DNA from: Dehalococcoidia bacterium
Lineage (GTDB): Bacteria; Chloroflexota; Dehalococcoidia; GIF9; AB-539-J10
Assembly: GCA_003567655.1 (NCBI GenBank)
Contig: PWZA01000008.1
Location: 1 to 44,489 of the forward strand
DNA length: 44,489 bases
Direction: 5' to 3'
Shown: positions 1 through 9,164 of the stretch, piece after piece
How the letters are laid out: each line of letters begins with the position of its first letter
How positions within the stretch are numbered: the stretch's first letter is position 1
Position numbers and translations under genes: made by a program
Notes under the pieces: generated by a model
The model's database searches: none
Told to the model about the DNA's origin: nothing
The model's input: only the letters and a program-made list of their open reading frames with translations

Positions 1-69
1 CTCCGGTATGAAGATGAAGCTGCATCTGATAAGGCTGGATACATAAGCAATAGGTACACCGAGTCACGT

Positions 70-954
70 TTATGCGCCTCGCCGGCCTGACTCAGAAATC
101 AAACGGTACATTTCAGCGGCATGAAAGGAACTGCGAATCAAGGGACCCGATGCAACACAGCGAAAACCCATTCGCTCTCCTATGCTCTCATATTCGGCGA
201 ATTCATCAGGACAGACATACCTCACTACCCTGTGGTGATTCAGCGAAGGGGCCAAGTACTGACCGATGGTTATGAAATCACAGCCAACCTCCCTGAGGTC
301 GGTCATGACTTCGGTGACCTCTTCCTGCGACTCCCCCAATCCCAGCATGAGGCCCGACTTGGTTAATAGTCCCGGCCTGAGCAGCCTGGCCTGTCTGAGG
401 AGTTCGAGCGAGCGGCGATAGTCGGCCTCCGGGCGCACCTCTGGGTAGAGCCGGGAAATAGTTTCCACGTTGTGATTCAGAATCGCCAGCGAGGTATCTG
501 TAACTGTTTCTAAAGCCGACAGAGAACCCCCAAAGTCAGGAATGAGAGCCTCGACAGTAATGTCGGGATCATACTCATGGATGGCGTTGATGGTGCGGGC
601 AAAGTGAGAAGAGCCGCCATCCGCGAGGTCATCCCTGGTGACCGAGGTAATGACAACGTGCCTCAGGCCCAGTTCAGCCACCGCCACAACGATATTCTCA
701 GGTTCGCCCGGATCAGGTCTCTGGGGGTACCCACCCTCAACGGCACAGAACGAACAATGGCGGGTGCAAATGTCACCCAGTATCATGAAGGTGGCAGTGT
801 TTTCAGAGAAGCACTTCTGGCGATTGGGACACCGTGCGCTCTCGCACACTGTATGCAGCTTCAGGGGACGCGTAAGCTTTCTCATCGCGGCCATCGTGGC
901 TGAGTCAAAGGGGCTGAGCTTCAGCCACTCAGGCCGTCTGGTATAGGCAGGCAC
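70..954 (-). CDS. lipA: Lipoyl synthase
   Basis: CESARCPNRQKC (CX4CX5C), radical-SAM CTRHCSFC and C-terminal RSSFHA; GTG start overlaps the lipB 3' end. Confidence 0.96.
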   Translation of the reverse strand: MPAYTRRPEWLKLSPFDSATMAAMRKLTRPLKLHTVCESARCPNRQKCFSENTATFMILGDICTRHCSFCAVEGGYPQRPDPGEPENIVVAVAELGLRHVVITSVTRDDLADGGSSHFARTINAIHEYDPDITVEALIPDFGGSLSALETVTDTSLAILNHNVETISRLYPEVRPEADYRRSLELLRQARLLRPGLLTKSGLMLGLGESQEEVTEVMTDLREVGCDFITIGQYLAPSLNHHRVVRYVCPDEFAEYESIGERMGFRCVASGPLIRSSFHAAEMYRLISESGRRGA

Positions 955-1676
955 TTGTCATCTCCCCGTTCGATCTGCAGACCGAACACCGCCGAAAAGG
1001 CACTGATCAAAGGGCCGATAACGGCTTCAGCTTCCACCGGGCGTCCCAGCACCTCGGAGATAGAAGTCATCGCCTTGTCACTAAGCCCGCAGGGATTTAT
1101 GTACTCGAAATGACTGAGATTGGTGTTCACATTAAGGGCGAAGCCGTGCATGGTAACACCGCGGCTGACATGTATGCCCAAAGAACAAATCTTCTCACCG
1201 CCGACCCAGACGCCCGGATGGTTTGCGTCAAGATACCCCCGGATATCAAGGCTGCGCAGAAGTCGCAGGATAGCATCCTCCAGTTTGCCGACGTACTCTC
1301 GCACACCAAGACTGTTGTCTTTGAGGCTCAATATAGGATAGCCTACCAGCTGTCCCGGTCCGTGATAGGTGATCCCACCTCCCCGGTTGGTATGGAAAAT
1401 GGCTATACCCTCGCGGGTCAGTGTCTCTTCGGGAACTACTATGTCCGCCTCGCCCTTGAACCGTCCTACAGTGAGCACCGCCGCATGCTGTAGAAGCAGC
1501 AGCACATCGGTAACGGTGCGCCTGGCCCTCGCCAGCGACAGCATTTCCTGCAATCTCAGGGCGGGCTCATATGGCACCATTCCCAGGTAGTAAGCAATAC
1601 AGGTCTTGCTGGGTGCCTGATCTCTCTTTTCAGTAGTCGCCCGCTCGTCTATCTTCTTATCAGCAGAGCCTTCCAT
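921..1676 (-). CDS. lipB: Octanoyltransferase (lipoate-protein ligase B)
   Basis: RGGGITYHGPGQLVGYPI, KICSLG, HGFALNV and INPCG motifs; start moved from 1805 to ATG 1676, which has a GAGGT RBS. Confidence 0.93.
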   Translation of the reverse strand: MEGSADKKIDERATTEKRDQAPSKTCIAYYLGMVPYEPALRLQEMLSLARARRTVTDVLLLLQHAAVLTVGRFKGEADIVVPEETLTREGIAIFHTNRGGGITYHGPGQLVGYPILSLKDNSLGVREYVGKLEDAILRLLRSLDIRGYLDANHPGVWVGGEKICSLGIHVSRGVTMHGFALNVNTNLSHFEYINPCGLSDKAMTSISEVLGRPVEAEAVIGPLISAFSAVFGLQIERGDDKCLPIPDGLSG

Positions 1677-1695
1677 GACAAATACCTCATGATGC

Positions 1696-3072
1696 TTATC
1701 CAGAATGGATCGAGCCATCCAGTTGTCCCAGCGCACTCTCATGCACTGCCTCCGGAAGAGTGGGATGGGAATGGAGGGTGTGGGCAATATCGGTCGCCGT
1801 TGCACCCAGTTGCACAGCGAGAGCCCCTTCAGCGATCAGGTCGTCGGCATGCGGCCCCATAATGTGCAGGCCGAGAACCTTACCGTTATCGGCATTGCAG
1901 ATCATCTTGACAATGCCTGCAGTCTCGTCCATGGCAACAGCGCGTCCGCAGGCCACGAAGCGAAACTTGCTTACCTTGTGCGGTATCTCTCCCTCCTTCG
2001 CTTCTTTCTCGGTCATTCCGACACCCGCCACCGGCGGGAAGGTGTAGACACAGGTCGGAACGGCATGGTAATCCGTCTGCCTGCGGCGGCCCAGCGCGTT
2101 CTCCACAGCTATCCCGCCCTCATAGGAGGCAACATGGGCCACCATGTGTCTGCCCAGAACATCGCCAATCGCATAGACGCCGTCTACATTAGTCTCAAGA
2201 TATTCGTTCACCGTGACGGCTCCCCCGTCAGTATTGACACCAACATCGGATAAGCCGACACCCTTCGTATAGGGCCTACGACCGGTGGCCATTAATACCA
2301 TCTCTCCCTCTACCAAGTGCTCACCCTCGGGGGTATCCCAGCAAACCCTGATGCCCTTATCCGTCTCTCTAAGGCAGTTGACGGCAGCTCCGATTATGAC
2401 CTTTATGCCCTGCCTGGTCAAGCTCTGCGCATATCGGCGGCCCACCTCCTCGTCAACCGGCTCCAGGAGGAGCGGGCGTCTCTTCAAAATAGTGACATTG
2501 GATCCCAGCGCACTAAAGATACTGGCGAACTCGACGCCCACATGGCTGCCACCGATTACGACAAGGCTCTCGGGTAGTTTCTCCAACTCGAGAATGTCAT
2601 CAGTAGTCAGCACACCGGGCAATTCAAGCCCATCAATAGGAGGAAGCCTGGATTCTGAGCCGGTGGCGATAACGATCTTCTTTGTCGGTATCTCGGTTTT
2701 ATCAACTATAACCGTGTGTGGCGACAGAATTCGACCGGTTCCCCGGTAGACGCTTATCTTGTTTGCCTTCATCAACTGCTCAACACCCGACACCAATCCT
2801 TCAACCACCCTCCTCTTCCTTGCCATAATGAGGGGCAAGTCGGCCTTTACGTTGCCCGCCACTACTCCGAAGTCCTTTGCCCTCTTCGCTTCAAGAAGGA
2901 CTTCGGCGCTCCGCACGAGGGCCTTTGTGGGAATGCAGCCGCGGTTGAGACAGGTCCCACCCAGGCTGTCCTTCTCGATCAAAGCGACATTAGCTCCCAG
3001 TTGGGCGGCACGAATAGCCGCCACATATCCGCCGGGGCCTCCCCCGATTATAACTATGTCTTTTTCATCCAT
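1696..3072 (-). CDS. lpdA: Dihydrolipoamide dehydrogenase (GCS L-protein/E3)
   Basis: GGGPGGYVAA FAD fold, GGTCLNRGCIP redox disulfide and HPTLPE; ATG 3072 with GGAGG RBS. Confidence 0.95.
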   Translation of the reverse strand: MDEKDIVIIGGGPGGYVAAIRAAQLGANVALIEKDSLGGTCLNRGCIPTKALVRSAEVLLEAKRAKDFGVVAGNVKADLPLIMARKRRVVEGLVSGVEQLMKANKISVYRGTGRILSPHTVIVDKTEIPTKKIVIATGSESRLPPIDGLELPGVLTTDDILELEKLPESLVVIGGSHVGVEFASIFSALGSNVTILKRRPLLLEPVDEEVGRRYAQSLTRQGIKVIIGAAVNCLRETDKGIRVCWDTPEGEHLVEGEMVLMATGRRPYTKGVGLSDVGVNTDGGAVTVNEYLETNVDGVYAIGDVLGRHMVAHVASYEGGIAVENALGRRRQTDYHAVPTCVYTFPPVAGVGMTEKEAKEGEIPHKVSKFRFVACGRAVAMDETAGIVKMICNADNGKVLGLHIMGPHADDLIAEGALAVQLGATATDIAHTLHSHPTLPEAVHESALGQLDGSIHSG

Positions 3073-3123
3073 AACTGTTCCTCCATGGCCACCCGACAAG
3101 ACCGATCAGAATACCCCGCACTC

Positions 3124-4575
3124 CTATTCCTTCTGCCCATTCATCTCCCAGCGCAGATCCAGTTGCCTGAAGGCTCTGGCATCATCGAGCCTCCTCACAG
3201 GCGTATTCCGGGGAGCGCTATGAAGTATCTCTGGATTCTCCTCGGCGTCCTTCGCAATCTCCTTCATGGACGCGATGTAATTATCCAACGTCTCCCTGCT
3301 CTCGGTCTCCGTCGGTTCCGTCATGAGGGCCTCACTGACAATCAACGGGAAGTAGACTGTCGGAGGATGCAGACCGTAGTCAAGCAACCGCTTGGCGATA
3401 TCCAACGTAGCCACTCCCTTTGCCTTCTGCTTCTTGCCGGAGAACACTACCTCGTGCATACAGGTGCGGTCGTACGGCAGGTGATAATAGGCCTTTAGCT
3501 TCTCCTTAATGTAATTCGCGTTCAGGACGGCGTCCTCACTGATCCGCTTCAGCCCGTCCGGCCCCAGCGAAAGGGCATAGGCATAAGCCTTGACCAGCAC
3601 GCTGAAGTTACCGTAGAAACCGGCGATCTTTCCGATCGTCTTGGCCGGTGACACAAACCCATATCTACCGTTATCCTCAGACACGAGTGGTGTCGGCAAG
3701 AAATCAACCAGATTCTCCCTCACACAAAGAGGTCCTGAGCCGGGCCCACCACCCCCATGGGGGGTGCTGAATGTCTTATGCAGATTGAGCTGCACGTAGT
3801 CAAAGCCGAGCTCACCGAACTTGGCCTGTCCCAGGATAGCATTGAGATTCGCTCCGTCCCCACCCAGAAGGCCTCCTCGCTCATGCACCAATCGGCTGAT
3901 CTCGGCTATCTTGGGATCGAACAGACCGAGGGTCGAGGGCATGGTCAGAGTTAAAGCGGCCACTTCCTCCGTCATCATAGATTCCAGACTCTTAAGATCA
4001 AGGTCGCCCTTGTCATCAGAAGCCACGATGCCCGTGTCCAGTCCGCACATGGCAACGCTGGCGGGGTTAGTGCCATGGGATGAATCGGTGAGCAGTATCT
4101 TCTTTCTGGATCTGTCTCCTCGGTCCTCATGGTATGCCTTCACCATGAAGAGGCCGGCTAACTCACCGTGGGCTCCGGCCACCGGAACCAAACTGGTAGC
4201 ATTCGTACCCGTTACCTCGGTCAGATACTCCTGCAGGCGGTACATGAGCTCAAGCGCCCCCTGAACCGAGTCCTCAGGCTGATAGGGATGAAGCGCGGCA
4301 AAACCCGGTAACCTGGAAACATCCTCGTGCCACTTCGGATTATACTTCATGGTGCAACTTCCAAGAGGGTAGAATCCGGAGTCCACGCCGTAGTTAAGCT
4401 TACTCAAGGCGGTGAAATACCTCACGAGGTCGACCTCGCTGACCTCGGGTATTCGGAGTTCCTCACGGAGTGAATCTGCGGGTGGCAGGTCGCTCGATGG
4501 AACATCCAGACTGGGCAGAGTGCATCCTATGCGGCCCGGTCTACTTATCTCAGGTAGTAAGTAATGCTCTCTCAT
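3124..4575 (-). CDS. gcvPB: Glycine dehydrogenase (decarboxylating) subunit 2
   Basis: YPLGSCTMKYNP, HGTNPAS and PLP-lysine motif NLHKTFSTPHGGGGPG. Confidence 0.96.
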   Translation of the reverse strand: MREHYLLPEISRPGRIGCTLPSLDVPSSDLPPADSLREELRIPEVSEVDLVRYFTALSKLNYGVDSGFYPLGSCTMKYNPKWHEDVSRLPGFAALHPYQPEDSVQGALELMYRLQEYLTEVTGTNATSLVPVAGAHGELAGLFMVKAYHEDRGDRSRKKILLTDSSHGTNPASVAMCGLDTGIVASDDKGDLDLKSLESMMTEEVAALTLTMPSTLGLFDPKIAEISRLVHERGGLLGGDGANLNAILGQAKFGELGFDYVQLNLHKTFSTPHGGGGPGSGPLCVRENLVDFLPTPLVSEDNGRYGFVSPAKTIGKIAGFYGNFSVLVKAYAYALSLGPDGLKRISEDAVLNANYIKEKLKAYYHLPYDRTCMHEVVFSGKKQKAKGVATLDIAKRLLDYGLHPPTVYFPLIVSEALMTEPTETESRETLDNYIASMKEIAKDAEENPEILHSAPRNTPVRRLDDARAFRQLDLRWEMNGQKE

Positions 4576-4587
4576 ATTTCTTTCCTT

Positions 4588-5904
4588 CTATAGATCCCCG
4601 AGGGTTTTCACCAGTTTGTCGATCTCCTGCCTGGTGTTCACTTCCGTGACACAGAGTAGCATAGCGTTCTCCTCCAGATGGCTTATATCCAGACCGCCGA
4701 TTATACGTTCCTTGTAAAGAGCCTTGGATATATCGGATGGCGGCACAGGGCAACGGACAGCAAACTCCTTGAAGAAAGGCTGAGAGAAGACAAGGGAGTA
4801 CCCCTTCAGCTTGGTTATGGCATCGGCAGCGTAGTGTGCCTTGTGGTAGCATAACTCGGCTACCTGTCGCAGACCCTGCTTGCCCATTGCCGCAAGGTAG
4901 ACGGCCGCAGCCAGAGCCATCAAGGCCTGACTTGTACAGATATTAGATGTCGCCTGCTCACGACGAATATGTTGCTCGCGGGTGACCAGGGTCATCACAT
5001 ATCCCGGGTTACCATCGACATCCACCGTCTTGCCCACAATACGACCGGGCATGCGGCGTACATAGTCCTTGCGACAGGCGAAGATGCCCAGATAGGGGCC
5101 GCCGAAGCTGGCCGGAATACCGAGCGGCTGTCCCTCACCGACGGTGATATCAACTCCATATTCTCCCGGTGGCCTGAACATGCCCAGTGACGTGGGGTCT
5201 ACGACGGCGATAAGCAGGGCACCTGTATCATGAGCCTTCTGAACATAATGCTCCATCGGCTCGAAGTGGCCGAAGAAATTCGGTTGCTGGACTATGAGAC
5301 AGGCAAGATCGGTGGGGAGGCTATCTGAACCAGAATCCAGAGTTACCAGGGGGATATCCTTGCCGCTGCAGTAGGTATCGAGTACCTCACGATATGTCGG
5401 GTGTACCGTGGAAAGCACGGCCGCTTTGCTCCTGTTGGTGATCGCGCAGGCCATCATGGCGGCTTCGGCGGCAGAGGTACTGCCGTCATACATTCCGGCA
5501 TTGCTTACCTCCATTCCCGTCAGCTGGCATATCAGAGACTGGAATTCGTAGACTGACTGCAGTGTTCCCTGGCTGACCTCGGCCTGATATGGAGTATACG
5601 CAGTATAGAACTCGCTGCGACCAATGATATGGTCCACAATGCTGGGGATGAAGTGCCGGTAGCTACCAGCACCCAGGAAGCAAGCGTAGTCATCCGGATT
5701 CACATTGGAGTTCGCCAGTCGACCGAACTCCTTCTTCAGTTCGAACTCAGACAAAGCTGGAGGCAGGTTAAAGCTCGTATCACGGAATTCCTTCGGTATA
5801 TCACAAAACAGGTCGGCAACCGATTTCACGCCGATCTCGCGCAGCATAGCAGTGCGATCGGCCTCGGTGTTTGGCAGATATGGCAATGGCGTCCTATTGT
5901 TCAT
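4588..5904 (-). CDS. gcvPA: Glycine dehydrogenase subunit 1
   Basis: SEFYTAYTPYQAEVSQG and REQHIRREQATSNICTSQAL; probable start ATG 5904. Confidence 0.95.
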   Translation of the reverse strand: MNNRTPLPYLPNTEADRTAMLREIGVKSVADLFCDIPKEFRDTSFNLPPALSEFELKKEFGRLANSNVNPDDYACFLGAGSYRHFIPSIVDHIIGRSEFYTAYTPYQAEVSQGTLQSVYEFQSLICQLTGMEVSNAGMYDGSTSAAEAAMMACAITNRSKAAVLSTVHPTYREVLDTYCSGKDIPLVTLDSGSDSLPTDLACLIVQQPNFFGHFEPMEHYVQKAHDTGALLIAVVDPTSLGMFRPPGEYGVDITVGEGQPLGIPASFGGPYLGIFACRKDYVRRMPGRIVGKTVDVDGNPGYVMTLVTREQHIRREQATSNICTSQALMALAAAVYLAAMGKQGLRQVAELCYHKAHYAADAITKLKGYSLVFSQPFFKEFAVRCPVPPSDISKALYKERIIGGLDISHLEENAMLLCVTEVNTRQEIDKLVKTLGDL

Positions 5905-5923
5905 CCGCTCTCTGTTCTGCACA

Positions 5924-6313
5924 TTATGCAGATGCCTCCGCCTCATACTTCTCATACTCTTCGCTGTTCATGAGCGCGTCGAGTTGCGACGGGTCGCTGA
6001 GTTCCAGTTTCACCAGCCAGCCGGCTCCATAGGGATCTTCGTTCACCAGCTTGGGCTCATCAACCACGCTCTGGTTGATCTCCAGCACCTTGCCACCGGC
6101 CGGCGAAAACAGATCGGAGACCGCCTTCACCGATTCAACCTCACCTATCTTCTTGAACTGCTCCACCTCGGTACCCGGCTGCGGCAGATCCAGAAACACG
6201 ATGTCGCCGAGCTGGCTCTGTGCATAGTTGGCCAGCCCCATCTTCGCCTTGTTCTCAGACTCTATCGATAGCCACTCATGATCCTTTGTGTACTTGTAAT
6301 CCTTCGGGTTCAT
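5924..6313 (-). CDS. gcvH: Glycine cleavage H-protein
   Basis: YTKDHEW, lipoyl-lysine motif VESVKAVSD and NEDPYGAGWL. Confidence 0.97.
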   Translation of the reverse strand: MNPKDYKYTKDHEWLSIESENKAKMGLANYAQSQLGDIVFLDLPQPGTEVEQFKKIGEVESVKAVSDLFSPAGGKVLEINQSVVDEPKLVNEDPYGAGWLVKLELSDPSQLDALMNSEEYEKYEAEASA

Positions 6314-6314
6314 C

Positions 6315-7394
6315 TCACACTCCTCTCTTATAGAATCTCTTTTTAACTATGCGTGCCGGTGCAAGCTTGTTACGAAGCATTATCTCGATCCCGGTGCCGA
6401 TTGCAGACAGCTCAACGGGAACATAGCCGAGACCGATGTTGAGTCCCAGAGTCGGCGCATAGCCACCGCTGGTCACCTTACCGATTTCTAAACCAGAGGT
6501 ATAAATCGGGTATCCGGTGCGGGCTATTTCCCTTCCTTCCATTCGGAAACCGACCAGCTTGCGTCCAACACCCCTGCTCTTGATCTCAACGAGGGCTTCC
6601 CTGCCCACGAAGTCATCTCGCTCAAGATCGACCAGCCAACCCAGGTCGGCCTCGAAAGGATTGGTGCTCGAGTCCATATCCTGCCCGCAGAGCAGCATAC
6701 CGGCCTCTAATCGCAGGCTATCGCGTGCTCCCAGACCGCATGGTTTCACGCCCTGCTCGGTAAATGACTCCCATAGTGGCACTGCTAATGCTGCCTCGGC
6801 GATTATCTCAAAGCCATCCTCTCCCGTATATCCCGTTCGCCCCACTGAAACTTTCATATCGCCAATCTTAGTCTCTGCATAGCCGAAGCGCGGTAGATGA
6901 GTTACCCTGCCAAGGCTCTCCAGATCACAAGCTGCCGGCCCCTGCACCGCTATCATCACCGTAGAGGCCGACACATCCCTGATCTTGATATCGCGGTCGG
7001 AGCCCGCTCGACGGGTCAGCCAGTCAAGCTTACGCCTGGCATTGGCGGCATTCCAGACTATCAGGTAGCGATCGGCCCGGACACGAAACAGCCACAGATC
7101 ATCCAGAACCCCTCCATTCTCCAGACACATCATAGAGAGATGAGAGGAACCTACCTCCAAATCCTGTGCCGGCCTGGTCAATATAGAGTCCAGGAAGGAG
7201 CCTGCTTTGTTCCCCGTCACCCAGACCCGCCCCATGTCAGAGACATCGAATATACCGGCCGAATCCCTCACGGCCTTATGCTCCTCCAGAATTGACGTGT
7301 ACCACACAGGCAGCTCCCAGCCTGCAAAATCCATTATCCGTGCATTCAGCTTGCGGTGTACTTCGTTTAGAGGTGTCTTCTTCAACTCTTCCAT
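6315..7394 (-). CDS. gcvT: Aminomethyltransferase (T-protein)
   Basis: KTPL...DFAGWELP, RTGYTGEDGFE, GLGARDSLRLEAG and VTSG. Confidence 0.96.
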   Translation of the reverse strand: MEELKKTPLNEVHRKLNARIMDFAGWELPVWYTSILEEHKAVRDSAGIFDVSDMGRVWVTGNKAGSFLDSILTRPAQDLEVGSSHLSMMCLENGGVLDDLWLFRVRADRYLIVWNAANARRKLDWLTRRAGSDRDIKIRDVSASTVMIAVQGPAACDLESLGRVTHLPRFGYAETKIGDMKVSVGRTGYTGEDGFEIIAEAALAVPLWESFTEQGVKPCGLGARDSLRLEAGMLLCGQDMDSSTNPFEADLGWLVDLERDDFVGREALVEIKSRGVGRKLVGFRMEGREIARTGYPIYTSGLEIGKVTSGGYAPTLGLNIGLGYVPVELSAIGTGIEIMLRNKLAPARIVKKRFYKRGV

Positions 7395-7436
7395 AGTTTA
7401 CTTCTCGCCAGCAGGGTGCTCAAAATCCCCTCCATT

Positions 7437-7478
7437 AAACAAAACAGGAGAACTCGTTACTCACGAATTCCCCCCCTG
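7437..7478 (-). terminator. Intrinsic terminator forming the glycine riboswitch expression platform
   Basis: Minus strand GGGGAATTCGT-GAGTA-ACGAGTTCTCC hairpin followed by TGTTTTGTTT; its 5' arm overlaps the aptamer-2 P1 3' strand. Confidence 0.8.
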
Positions 7479-7664
7479 TCTCTTTCCCTGAGAGATTATC
7501 CGAGCACAATAGCCGCGGACTTACCCCGTCGGTGACCTCCAGCCGAGGTCTTTCCAGGGATTCAGTTTGCGGCAGTCCTTTTGCCTGAGAGTTTCGAAAC
7601 CGGGGCTCTCGACCCCGCTCCCTTGCACCTTCGGCTCCCTTATCAGGATCTCTCCTGCCGCAAA
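7472..7664 (-). ncRNA. Tandem glycine riboswitch
   Basis: Aptamer 1: GCAGGAGAGA...CCGAAGGTGCAA...ACTCTCAGGCAAAAGGACTGC; aptamer 2: CTGGAAAGA...CACCGACGGGGTAA...ATCTCTCAGG...GACAG; lies directly upstream of gcvT. Confidence 0.95.
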
Positions 7665-7683
7665 GCAAGAATCACGCTTAATC

Positions 7684-7713
7684 TTTGTACCATACGCGTA
7701 CCGGTATTGTCAA
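7684..7713 (-). promoter_or_regulatory. Sigma70-type promoter of the gcv operon
   Basis: TTGACA-N18-TACAAA with extended TG, just upstream of the riboswitch. Confidence 0.6.
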
Positions 7714-7896
7714 TGTGAGCTAGGGTTGATAAGACCGTGGCTATTCGGACTTTCACCCAAGCAGGCTATTTTCTCCGGGCGTTGGGCAAGGACATAACAG
7801 ACCGAGAACCGAGCCGACACTTGACATAATACCTTAACATCCAGAGGATCAACCGGGAAGATAGGCAGCATACTAGTGCAGGTCTCTCTCTGCTCC

Positions 7897-9024
7897 TCAA
7901 GCGGTTGCGAACGCGCTATCTGACAGGCTATCCAATGCTCCAGTGAGTCTGGCTACGTATTCGTCCACTTGGTTGCGGTCGAATCGTATCAGTCGGTCGG
8001 CTGTCTTCCGGCAGTAATCGCAACGGTAGCACTCAGAGAGGCAGTTCTGTTTCCTGAAGAAATCGATGAACCCGTCCAGAGCCTGGTTGTCAATATAGAG
8101 TTCGGGGGGAGGTGCCGGGGTGTGACCGGTCGCGCCAGTCGGGCCGGCGTTGACGAACCCGATCTTGGGAGCGAGGGCATTCAGAATATCATGCAGGTTC
8201 CCCTCATAGTGGCGGGACGAGTATGCTGCTGCGGCCCTCAGTATGCGCTCGGTGGGCATAGCCCGGCCGCTGATTTTGAACATACCGATACCGATGTCCT
8301 CGTACAGGTGCAGGTCCTCGGGCCTTATCCAGCGGCACTTGATGTTCTCAGACATGTCGCTTAGCCGGTCCAGGGTACAGCGAATGGTGCAATAGTCGAC
8401 GTAGCAACCATGCACAGGATTGTAGCTCTGGCTGGCATGTCCCAAGCCGTCATGGTGATAATACTCGTAGGGACACTGGTACAGACAGAGATTGTTAGCC
8501 AGTACGATGATCTCGCACTCCACCGCCTTCGTGATAGCTTCGAGTGTCCTGAAGTCCCGGTTTACGTGAAAGTCGAGGTTGATGGAATCGGCCCCTAGCG
8601 ACTCGAAGAACCGCGCCCGCGCTACATTGTGCACGTGCGCTATGGTCGATATCCGTATCTTGAGTTGCGGGAACTGCCGCTTTATGAGTTCCACCAGATA
8701 GGGAATGGTCACAGTCACGCTATCGACGCCGATGCAGGTGATCCAGTCAAGGTGCTCAATCAACTCCCGATGGGTGCTCTTGTCCCACTCCATGTTGCTC
8801 ATGCTGGGAGCATTGAGTAGATAGTCGAAATTGAGGCCAGCCGCATGGGCTCTTGTTATATACTCCTCAGCCTGACCTTTGGCCATGTCCACGTTGTCGG
8901 GACTGGACCCGCCGGTACCGATGAGAGAGGTGGTCAGCACGCCATACAGATCTACGCCGGCGTCGAGCCTGCTCAACCGCTCAATCAGGGCAGGGTCCCA
9001 ATTCGTCGGTACTAGAAGTCGCAT
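7897..9024 (-). CDS. U32-family ('peptidase U32') protein, probable Fe-S enzyme of unknown function
   Basis: Family-like motifs ISTIAHV, NNLCLYQCPY, CTIRC, WIRPEDL and FKISGR, plus C-terminal CLSECYRCDYC. Confidence 0.8.
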   Translation of the reverse strand: MRLLVPTNWDPALIERLSRLDAGVDLYGVLTTSLIGTGGSSPDNVDMAKGQAEEYITRAHAAGLNFDYLLNAPSMSNMEWDKSTHRELIEHLDWITCIGVDSVTVTIPYLVELIKRQFPQLKIRISTIAHVHNVARARFFESLGADSINLDFHVNRDFRTLEAITKAVECEIIVLANNLCLYQCPYEYYHHDGLGHASQSYNPVHGCYVDYCTIRCTLDRLSDMSENIKCRWIRPEDLHLYEDIGIGMFKISGRAMPTERILRAAAAYSSRHYEGNLHDILNALAPKIGFVNAGPTGATGHTPAPPPELYIDNQALDGFIDFFRKQNCLSECYRCDYCRKTADRLIRFDRNQVDEYVARLTGALDSLSDSAFATA

Positions 9025-9164
9025 GTTATTTCACGATGCGTGGCATAGTTTCGGGATGGGGGCAGTACAAGCCCACGTATTAGCATGGTTCGCGTTTGGC
9101 CGACCCATCATGCATATCGTACTACAACCGCGATCCAGTCCGACGCGGCTGTCAAAGAGGTGGC

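Noticed and set aside
1-90. Open frames at the left edge on both strands
   Set aside because: Too short and with no recognisable motif; cannot tell whether either is a gene end or start.
7435-7797. ORFs 7435..7668 (-) and 7567..7797 (+)
   Set aside because: They overlap the glycine riboswitch and its promoter and have no protein motifs.
7821-7849. Plus-strand TTGACA suggesting a promoter antisense to U32
   Set aside because: The matching -10 (GAGGAT) is poor.
9127-9155. Minus-strand TTGACA as a dedicated U32 promoter
   Set aside because: No -10 at 16-18 nt spacing; the hexamer overlaps a hairpin arm.
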